10,156 nucleotides of DNA from a virus (taxonomy: Duplodnaviria > Heunggongvirae > Uroviricota > Caudoviricetes): IMG/VR virus record IMGVR_UViG_2565956614_000006; one strand, given 5' to 3'. Position 1 is the first letter of the stretch. Each line of letters opens with the position of its first letter. Below are positions 1 through 6,581 of this stretch, piece after piece. The notes under the pieces were generated by a model. The model had not been told where the DNA came from. It did not search any database and saw only the letters and a program-made list of their open reading frames with translations. Position numbers and translations under genes: made by a program.

Positions 1-672
<672 letters not shown>

Positions 673-923
673 GGTAATATTAAATCGGAACATTTACATC
701 GCGGAATGTAAAATTTAAATAAAAAGGACTCTTCCATGAGCCAAAATTCCTGAAATCTTAAGGGTAAGATAAAAGGTCTTAATCAGAATGACACGTTATT
801 ATTAATAAATAAAGCTATTCTTTCATTGCTGTGTTTTTCTTTACAAAAGTAATCCTTGCTATGGGTGGTTAATCATGCGTTAATGGTGTTCTGGTTTGTT
901 ACAAATTTATCTGAAGCAGTCAT

Positions 924-932
924 TGTTATAAT
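924..932 (+). promoter_or_regulatory. Candidate extended -10 promoter element (TGtTATAAT) for the cold-shock gene
   Basis: Sequence tgttataat at 924-932 matches TGnTATAAT; lies about 100 nt upstream of the csp start inside a long AT-rich leader, as expected for cspA-family genes. No convincing -35 found. Confidence 0.25.
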
Positions 933-1035
933 TTTATTATTTGTACCTCTTGAGATTTCCTTGTTGGTTTTTCTCTCTGATATTTTTTTTCGGACCATTC
1001 TGCCCAAGGGCTAATTTCTTCAAAAGGTAATAATT

Positions 1036-1248
1036 ATGTCTAACAAAATGACTGGTTTAGTGAAATGGTTTAACCCTGAAAAAGGTTTTGGTTTCATCAC
1101 GCCGAAAGATGGCAGCAAAGATGTGTTTGTCCATTTCTCAGCAATTCAGAGCAACGATTTCAAAACATTAACTGAGAATCAGGAAGTTGAATTTGGTATT
1201 GAGAACGGACCTAAAGGTCCTGCCGCTGTTCATGTAGTGGCGCTTTGA
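1036..1248 (+). CDS. cspI: Cold-shock protein, CspA family (CspI-like)
   Basis: 70-aa [45 protein letters not shown]... with RNP1-like KGFGFI and RNP2-like VFVHF motifs of the cold-shock domain; matches my recollection of E. coli CspI; AGG-containing RBS 8 nt upstream; long AT-rich 5' leader. Confidence 0.88.
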   Translation: MSNKMTGLVKWFNPEKGFGFITPKDGSKDVFVHFSAIQSNDFKTLTENQEVEFGIENGPKGPAAVHVVAL

Positions 1249-1447
1249 GGTAGACAATATTACAAACCATATTCACTTTAGATGCCCGTGTTGTCATGGT
1301 TCCCAGTATAGAACATCATCTTTTGATGTTTCTGACATGAATCCTTTCGGGGCAAAATGTATCTTTTGTAAATCAATGATGATTACATTTGATAATATTT
1401 CACAATACTTAAATGCCAGCCGTCTGTCGTTGGATTTAAAAAAGTGA
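1238..1447 (+). CDS. Small zinc-ribbon-like ORF (CPCC...CIFC) with no canonical start codon; possible non-ATG start or recently decayed gene
   Basis: Frame open from 1238 to TGA 1445-1447; translation ...[57 protein letters not shown] has two Cys pairs spaced as in a zinc ribbon. Only in-frame ATG is at 1337, which would split the motif. A strong intrinsic terminator follows 6 nt after the stop. Confidence 0.35.
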   Translation, partial: WRFEVDNITNHIHFRCPCCHGSQYRTSSFDVSDMNPFGAKCIFCKSMMITFDNISQYLNASRLSLDLKK

Positions 1448-1452
1448 AAATG

Positions 1453-1476
1453 AAGGCTCCTTCGGGAGCTTTTTTG
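1453..1476 (+). terminator. Rho-independent terminator (GC stem, UUCG tetraloop, T-run)
   Basis: aaggctcc-ttcg-ggagcttt then a run of T's: stem of up to 8 bp, TTCG loop, six T's. Sits just downstream of the csp gene and the zinc-ribbon ORF. Confidence 0.65.
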
Positions 1477-1519
1477 CTTGGTATCTATTCGATGGATACT
1501 CACATACTACGGTAACATC

Positions 1520-1750
1520 ATGAAAAAAATCATAGTTTTTTTTAACTCTGAACCAGCAGTGGTAGTGCCAGCGATGACTGGAGTTAACACCATCATGCGT
1601 GAATATCCAAATGGCGAAAAAACACACCTTACTGTAATGGCCGCAGGGTTTCCATCTCTGACCGGAGATCATAAAGTCATTTATGTAGCCGCGGATCGAC
1701 ATGTTACTTCAGAAGAAATTCTGGAAGCAGCAATAAGGCTCTGGAGTTGA
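1520..1750 (+). CDS. Hypothetical small protein (76 aa from ATG 1520; possible YnfN-like prophage protein)
   Basis: Open frame 1478-1750; plausible starts at 1520 (MKKIIVFF...), 1574 or 1595 (MREYPNGEKTHL..., 51 aa). No strong RBS at any of them. Position between the csp gene and the gns gene parallels the Qin prophage cspI-ynfN-gnsB arrangement (recalled). Confidence 0.45.
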   Translation: MKKIIVFFNSEPAVVVPAMTGVNTIMREYPNGEKTHLTVMAAGFPSLTGDHKVIYVAADRHVTSEEILEAAIRLWS

Positions 1751-1921
1751 TTTGATGCTATTGTATTGATAATTCAGGAAAATTCTCTTTGTCTGTTTGT
1801 GTAAAATTTAGACTATCGTATGTTGATTATTGCGATGTTTCATCTTATCTTTTACACGTTTGCACCATATAATCGACTTACTGTGTAACTGGAAAGTCAT
1901 AACAGACTAAAAGAGGAAATG

Positions 1922-2095
1922 ATGAATATTGAAAACTTAAAAACAAAAGCAGAAGCAGATATTTCTGAATATATAACAAAAAAAATTATTGAACTTAAGA
2001 AAAAGACCGGGAAAGAAGTTACCAGTATTCAGTTTACCGCACGGGAAAAAATGACGGGTCTTGAAAGCTATGATGTCAAGATTAATTTAATCTGA
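1922..2095 (+). CDS. gnsB: GnsA/GnsB-family small protein
   Basis: 57-aa ORF MNIENLKTKAEADISEYITKKIIELKKKTGKEVTSIQFTAREKMTGLESYDVKINLI; the FTAREKMTGLESYDVKI block matches my recollection of E. coli GnsA/GnsB; RBS AAGAGGA at 1911-1917. Shorter than the supplied ORF-track cutoff. gnsB rather than gnsA is chosen from synteny only. Confidence 0.8.
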   Translation: MNIENLKTKAEADISEYITKKIIELKKKTGKEVTSIQFTAREKMTGLESYDVKINLI

Positions 2096-2124
2096 TGTAT
2101 TCAATAATAAAATTTATCCATAAA

Positions 2125-2146
2125 CCTCGTTTTTACGGGGTTTTGT
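2125..2146 (+). terminator. Weak candidate intrinsic terminator downstream of the gns gene
   Basis: cctcg-ttttta-cgggg (5-bp stem with one G-U pair) followed by tttt; about 30 nt after the stop. Confidence 0.25.
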
Positions 2147-2209
2147 TATATTTGAATGGTTCCGAATATCTAAATCACAATTGTTGATGGTTTTTATTAA
2201 ACCAATGCA

Positions 2210-2238
2210 GTCCGGCTCAGGAGTGAGAGAAGCCGGAC
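2210..2238 (-). terminator. GC-rich hairpin just 3' of the minus-strand DUF1398 gene; candidate terminator
   Basis: Perfect 8-bp inverted repeat gtccggct / agccggac with a 13-nt loop, 9 nt beyond the stop of the minus-strand gene; flanking sequence only moderately T-rich. Confidence 0.35.
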
Positions 2239-2246
2239 GTTATGGT

Positions 2247-2657
2247 TTAGCGTGGTAAGATCTGTGTAGTTTTCTGGATGCTTTCAGTAAATAGTAATGA
2301 GTTATCAAAGGCATAGTAATATCTTTGGTGTTCCTGGATATTTGTAACCCATCGGAAAACTCCTGCTTTAGCAAGATTTTCCCTGTATTGTTGAAATGTG
2401 ATTTCTTTTGATTTCAACTTATTATAGGAGGTCTCTATAAGATGTTTGTTTCTGGAGAATTTAACATTTACAACCTTTTTGAGTCCTTTTACTAACACTA
2501 TGTTGTCGTTTTCTAACACAATGTGAATATTATCTGTGGCTAAATAGTAAATATAAAGTGAGATATTGTGACGTTTTAGCTCAGAATAAAATAATTCACA
2601 GTTTAAATCTTTACGCACTTGATCGAATATTTCTTTAAAAATGGCAGCCTGAGCCAT
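2247..2657 (-). CDS. ydfO: DUF1398-family prophage protein (YdfO/YbcV-like)
   Basis: 136-aa ORF from the second ATG ([30 protein letters not shown]...), which has a GGAAGG RBS 7 nt upstream; the track ORF begins 5 codons earlier (2672) without an RBS. Resembles my recollection of E. coli YbcV/YdfO; ydfO chosen from Qin-like synteny; transcribed opposite to neighbours. Confidence 0.75.
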   Translation of the reverse strand: MAQAAIFKEIFDQVRKDLNCELFYSELKRHNISLYIYYLATDNIHIVLENDNIVLVKGLKKVVNVKFSRNKHLIETSYNKLKSKEITFQQYRENLAKAGVFRWVTNIQEHQRYYYAFDNSLLFTESIQKTTQILPR

Positions 2658-2957
2658 TGGTAAACCTTCCATGTGATACGATGGCGCGTAGTTTGCATTA
2701 TCGTGTTTATTGTTTCAATCTGGTCTGACCTCTTTGTGTTTTGTTGATGATTTATGTCAAATATTAAGCCTGTTTTTAATGAATAGTGTTGATTGCGTAA
2801 CAAAATTGAGCCTTGCTGGCATCCAGGAGGGATATGCAACCGACAGATGTATGTAAGGTCGATGTACTCAAACTTTCATACTTTTCCTCTTTTATGCAGT
2901 AAGATTTGAAGTAATATTTTAACCGCTAGATGACGAGCAAACGCATGGAGCGACAAA

Positions 2958-3164
2958 ATGAATAAAGAACAATCTGCTGATGAACTCTCGTTGGATCTGA
3001 TTCGTGTAAAAAATATGCTTAATAGCACCATTTCTATGAGTTACCCGGATGTTGTAATTGCATGTATAGAACATCAGGTGTCTCTGGAAGCATTCAGGGC
3101 AATTGAGGCAGCGTTGGTGAAGCACGATAAGAATTCGAAGGATTATTCCCTGGTGGTTGACTGA
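2958..3164 (+). CDS. Hypothetical small protein (68 aa), occupying the position of ynfO/ylcI-type morons upstream of terminase
   Basis: [71 protein letters not shown] with GGAG RBS 7 nt upstream of the ATG; no recognisable motif. Confidence 0.5.
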   Translation: MNKEQSADELSLDLIRVKNMLNSTISMSYPDVVIACIEHQVSLEAFRAIEAALVKHDKNSKDYSLVVD

Positions 3165-3184
3165 GCACCATAACTGCTAATCAT

Positions 3185-3352
3185 TCAAACTATTTCACCT
3201 GTGACAGAGTCAATATCGCATTCTGTCACTGTCAGGCTAATACAGAGCTGCAATTCAACTACTGCAATGTCCTCGTAATTAGGTGAATTTACAATATCGT
3301 CCTGTTCGGATGCCGGCTGCATTGCTGAAGATGAGGCATTTATGGTTCGCAT
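3185..3352 (-). CDS. Possible small acidic protein (55 aa), minus strand; speculative
   Basis: ATG at 3352 (minus) preceded by a GAGGGG RBS-like sequence 5 nt upstream; translation MRTINASSSAMQPASEQDDIVNSPNYEDIAVVELQLCISLTVTECDIDSVTGEIV; not in the ORF track (below length cutoff); overlaps a palindromic element. Confidence 0.2.
   Translation of the reverse strand: MRTINASSSAMQPASEQDDIVNSPNYEDIAVVELQLCISLTVTECDIDSVTGEIV
3193..3201. repeat. First copy of a thrice-repeated 9-mer TTTCACCTG
   Basis: Exact 9-mer also at 3635-3643 and 3712-3720; this copy abuts the palindrome gtgacaga...tctgtcac (3201-3229). Confidence 0.6.
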
Positions 3353-3488
3353 ATTTTCCCCTCATGCTCGTCAGTCCTGTGCGTAGGAAGAAACAGGACA
3401 CTCACACTAATTTGTGTGGGCATGCTGTGATGTCCTTCTGAATTATTCCTATGCCATTATGTAAAGCGCTGTATCAGATGCTCGTCAC

Positions 3489-3511
3489 GGCTGTCAGGCT
3501 GTCAGGCTGTC
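3489..3511. repeat. Tandem octamer repeat (GGCTGTCA, nearly 3 copies) immediately upstream of the cos-like site
   Basis: ggctgtca ggctgtca ggctgtc read directly; related CTGTCA(GG) motifs recur at 3223-3236 and 3662-3667. Confidence 0.6.
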
Positions 3512-3536
3512 GGGTCCTCCCGGTGGGGGCCCCTGC

Positions 3537-3557
3537 CACGGGGCGGGAGCGTCGCGG
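3537..3557. other. cos-like site: putative cosN (cohesive-end site) of the prophage
   Basis: acgGGGCGGGAGCGTcgcgg resembles phage lambda cosN acgGGGCGGCGACCTcgcgg (recalled lambda left end GGGCGGCGACCTCGCGGG): identical flanks and first 6 nt of the 12-mer; lies about 180 bp upstream of the small terminase start in a GC-rich block. Confidence 0.5.
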
Positions 3558-3633
3558 AAAAAGGCTAGTTTTTGCATTTCCATGGCGGCGGCAGCATGTT
3601 TGGTAATTTATTGATAATTAAAAGTTATTTCTC

Positions 3634-3720
3634 TTTTCACCTGTACAATATTTTTTTCTCCCTGTCATTAGACCAGTTTGCAATTAATTGAAATATATAA
3701 ATAAACATGATTTTCACCTG
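3634..3720. promoter_or_regulatory. Two direct copies of TTTTCACCTG spaced 77 bp apart between cosN-like site and terminase start; candidate cosB-type terminase or IHF binding region
   Basis: ttttcacctg at 3634-3643 and 3711-3720 in AT-rich DNA; the second copy overlaps the first ATG of the track ORF, arguing for a downstream start of the small terminase. Confidence 0.4.
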
Positions 3721-3736
3721 CCAGATGGAGTTGCTT

Positions 3737-4264
3737 ATGTCAAATGTGAGCGGGATCGGTGATGCTTATTACTGGAGTGTTTTTAAAATCGCTGAGGCCT
3801 TTGGGCTTCACCGGGACACAGTAAAAAAACGGCTCCTCGCGGCCAACACTCCTGTGGCTGCGACTGTCAGGGGGAACCCCGTTTACGCCCTGCAGCATGT
3901 CGGGCCAGCCCTGTTTAGTGTGAAGCATGAGGCAGCAGACTCTGTTCATGATCCATCCCGTATGGAGCCGAAAGAGAGAAAGGACTGGTACCAGTCTGAA
4001 AATGAAAGGATCAAGCTGGAAAAGGAGCAGCGAAAACTCATCCCCGTTGATGAAGTAGTCATCGTCTATTCGTCCATGAGAAAGGCTGTCGTCCAGGTTC
4101 TGGAGACAATTCCGGATGTTCTTGAACGCGATTGCGCCCTGACTCCTCAGGCCGTCGGCGTTGTACAGCAGGCCATTGATGACCTGCGATACACTCTTCA
4201 GGAAAAATCCTACGAGGCTTGTGCTGCTGAATTAATTCCTGATGAGGAAGGAGAGAGTCTCTAG
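3737..4264 (+). CDS. Terminase small subunit (DNA-recognition subunit; not Nu1-like in sequence)
   Basis: Immediately upstream of and coupled to the large terminase; N-terminal HTH-like segment (YYWSVFKIAEAFGLHRDTVKKRL); acidic C-terminus. Start at 3737 preferred (GGAG RBS 6 nt upstream); alternatives 3707 and 3725. Located downstream of the cos-like site. Confidence 0.65.
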   Translation: MSNVSGIGDAYYWSVFKIAEAFGLHRDTVKKRLLAANTPVAATVRGNPVYALQHVGPALFSVKHEAADSVHDPSRMEPKERKDWYQSENERIKLEKEQRKLIPVDEVVIVYSSMRKAVVQVLETIPDVLERDCALTPQAVGVVQQAIDDLRYTLQEKSYEACAAELIPDEEGESL

Positions 4265-4272
4265 GAGGAATA

Positions 4273-6372
4273 ATGGGTTTTTCATCAGCCCGAAATTTGG
4301 GAAGGGACATATCGGCAGGATTTTCCCCACCACGTCGCATGCCGATTTCGGAGGCTGTTAAAAAATTCATGCGTGTTCCCAAGGGGGCTGGTAACTCGGT
4401 GCCATGGGATCCTGAACTGACACCCTACATCATTGAGCCCATGAACTGCCTGGCATCGCGTGAATACGATGCGGTGATTTTTGTTGGTCCTGCGCGAACA
4501 GGGAAGACCATTGGTCTGATCGATGGATGGATTGTCTATACCATCGTTTGCGATCCTTCGGACATGCTCGTTGTGCAGATGACCGAAGATAAGGCCCGCG
4601 AGCATTCTAAAAAGCGCCTCGACAGAACGTTCAGAAGCAGTGCGGCGGTAAAGAAAAGAATGAGTCCACGTCGTAACGACAATAATGTCCATGATAAGAC
4701 GTTCAGGGATGGCTCGTTCCTTAAAATTGGTTGGCCCTCGGTCAACATTATGTCGTCGTCGGATTACCGGTTTGTCGCCTTAACCGATTACGACCGTTTT
4801 CCGGAGAATATCGACAGCGAGGGTGATGGTTTCTCCCTGGCCTCAAAACGTACCACCACATTTATGTCCGCCGGGATGACTCTGGTGGAGAGCTCGCCGG
4901 GACGTGACATCTGCGACAGCAAATGGCGACGTAAGTCGCCTCATGAAGCGCCACCGACGACTGGTATTCTTTCCCTTTACAATCGTGGTGACCGCCGCCG
5001 CTGGTACTGGTCATGTCCGCACTGCGGTGAATATTTTCAGCCAGCCATGGATGCCATGACCGGCTACCGTAATGAACCGGATCCCTTTAAAGCCAGTGAG
5101 GCGGCGTATCTACTTTGCCCGCACTGCAGCGGCATTATCACTGCGGAGAAAAAGCGTGAGCTCAATAGTGCAGGAGTCTGGTTGCGTGAAGGTCAGGTCA
5201 TTGATCGTAACGGCAACGTTTCCGGTGAACCGCGCCGCTCCCGTATCGCCAGTTTCTGGATGGAAGGGCCAGCTGCTGCGTATCAGACCTGGGCGCAACT
5301 GGTTTACAAATTACTGACTGCAGAACAGGAGTATGAAGCGACAGGAAGCGAAGAAACACTCAGGGCGGTTATCAACACCGACTGGGGATTGCCTTATCTT
5401 CCTCGTGCCAGCATGGAGCAACGAAAAAGTGAACTGCTTGAGCAGCGGGCAGAGCCAGTTCCTTCCCGCAGTGTGCCGGATGGCGTTAATTTCCTTGTGG
5501 CGACAGTGGATGTGCAGGCGGGACGTCATCGCCGTTTTGTGGTTCAGGTAACGGGCTATGGCAGTCGTGGCGAACGCTGGATTATTGATCGTTACAACAT
5601 CACGCAGTCATTGCGCAGTGACTGCGACGGGGAGAGCCAGCGAATTGATCCGGCCAGCTATCCGGAAGACTGGGATGTCCTGCTGACGGATGTTTTTCAT
5701 AAAAGCTGGCCGCTGGCCTCCGATCCTTCTCAACAAATGCGACTGATGGCAATGGCGGTGGACTCCGGCGGTGAAGACGGGGTCACTGATAATGCCTATA
5801 AATTCTGGCGTCGTTGCCGTCGTGATGGCCTTGGTAAACGTATTTACCTGTTTAAGGGTGACAGCATCCGGCGCGCAAAACTGATCAGCCGTACATTCCC
5901 TGATAACACCGGACGAACGGGCCGCCGGGCGCAGGCCGCAGGTGATGTGCCGCTCTGGCTTCTTCAGACGGATGCCCTGAAAGACCGGGTGAATAACGCG
6001 TTATGGCGTGACTCGCCAGGTCCAGGCTATGTGCATTTCCCTGACTGGCTGGGGAGCTGGTTTTACGACGAACTGACGTATGAAGAGCGGAGCAGTGACG
6101 GGAAATGGAGTAAGCCGGGTCGCGGTGCCAACGAAGCTTTTGACCTGATGGTGTATGCCGAGGCTCTGGTCATTCTGCATGGATACGAAAAGATCCGCTG
6201 GCCGGATGCACCGGAGTGGGCGAGCCGGGAAACCTGGCTGGAGTGTGTCCAGGACAGTACCGAACCGTCATCCTCACCGGAACCGGTATCCACGCCTGTT
6301 AAAAAACAAAAACGGAAGAAAACAGTAACTGACGATGTTAACCCCTGGCTGACTTCCGGAGGATGGTTATGA
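4273..6372 (+). CDS. Terminase large subunit, lambda GpA family
   Basis: 699-aa ORF with AGGAGG RBS; Walker A-like VGPARTGKT; CPHCGE and CPHC motifs like those I recall in lambda gpA; size and position match the GpA family. Confidence 0.88.
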   Translation: MGFSSARNLGRDISAGFSPPRRMPISEAVKKFMRVPKGAGNSVPWDPELTPYIIEPMNCLASREYDAVIFVGPARTGKTIGLIDGWIVYTIVCDPSDMLVVQMTEDKAREHSKKRLDRTFRSSAAVKKRMSPRRNDNNVHDKTFRDGSFLKIGWPSVNIMSSSDYRFVALTDYDRFPENIDSEGDGFSLASKRTTTFMSAGMTLVESSPGRDICDSKWRRKSPHEAPPTTGILSLYNRGDRRRWYWSCPHCGEYFQPAMDAMTGYRNEPDPFKASEAAYLLCPHCSGIITAEKKRELNSAGVWLREGQVIDRNGNVSGEPRRSRIASFWMEGPAAAYQTWAQLVYKLLTAEQEYEATGSEETLRAVINTDWGLPYLPRASMEQRKSELLEQRAEPVPSRSVPDGVNFLVATVDVQAGRHRRFVVQVTGYGSRGERWIIDRYNITQSLRSDCDGESQRIDPASYPEDWDVLLTDVFHKSWPLASDPSQQMRLMAMAVDSGGEDGVTDNAYKFWRRCRRDGLGKRIYLFKGDSIRRAKLISRTFPDNTGRTGRRAQAAGDVPLWLLQTDALKDRVNNALWRDSPGPGYVHFPDWLGSWFYDELTYEERSSDGKWSKPGRGANEAFDLMVYAEALVILHGYEKIRWPDAPEWASRETWLECVQDSTEPSSSPEPVSTPVKKQKRKKTVTDDVNPWLTSGGWL

Positions 6373-6581
6373 ACCAGAATGATATCGAAGCCATGATTCA
6401 GCGTTATATGGAAGCTGAAATGGCGGTGCTGGACGGAAAATCCGTCACCTTTAATGGTCAGCAGATGACCATGGAAAACTTATCTGAGATCCGGCAGGGA
6501 CGGCAGGAGTGGGAGCGCCGCCTTGCGGCTCTGATTACACGACGACGGGGGCATCCCGGGTACCGGCTGGCGAGGTTCTGA
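6369..6581 (+). CDS. gpW-like head-tail joining / head completion protein
   Basis: 70-aa ORF, ATG overlapping the terminase stop (ATGA), GGAGGA RBS 6 nt upstream; size, position between terminase and portal, and C-terminal ...RRRGHPGYRLARF (compare lambda gpW ...RRRGPAGFYV, recalled) support gpW. Confidence 0.6.
   Translation: MNQNDIEAMIQRYMEAEMAVLDGKSVTFNGQQMTMENLSEIRQGRQEWERRLAALITRRRGHPGYRLARF

Noticed and set aside
673-1035. Possible bor-like lipoprotein gene expected after Rz/Rz1 in lambdoid phages
   Set aside because: No ORF of adequate length on either strand in this interval; the gap is better explained as the csp promoter and leader.
1294-1702. Minus-strand ORFs (69 aa and 88 aa) overlapping the zinc-ribbon ORF, terminator and 76-aa ORF
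   Set aside because: Antisense to better-supported plus-strand features, would run through the intrinsic terminator, and have no RBS.
2603-2839. 78-aa minus-strand ORF overlapping the 5' end and upstream region of the DUF1398 gene
   Set aside because: Overlaps the start and promoter region of the DUF1398 gene in another frame; low-complexity His/Gln-rich translation; more likely an untranslated upstream region.
3451-3606. 51-aa Arg-rich plus-strand ORF spanning the octamer repeats and the cos-like site
   Set aside because: Open frame is explained by the GC-rich repeat and cos sequence; no RBS; the product is a low-complexity basic peptide.
3707-3736. Upstream ATG starts (3707, 3725) for the small terminase used by the ORF track
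   Set aside because: The 3707 start overlaps a conserved TTTTCACCTG repeat and has no RBS; ATG 3737 has a GGAG RBS at proper spacing. Kept only as alternatives.
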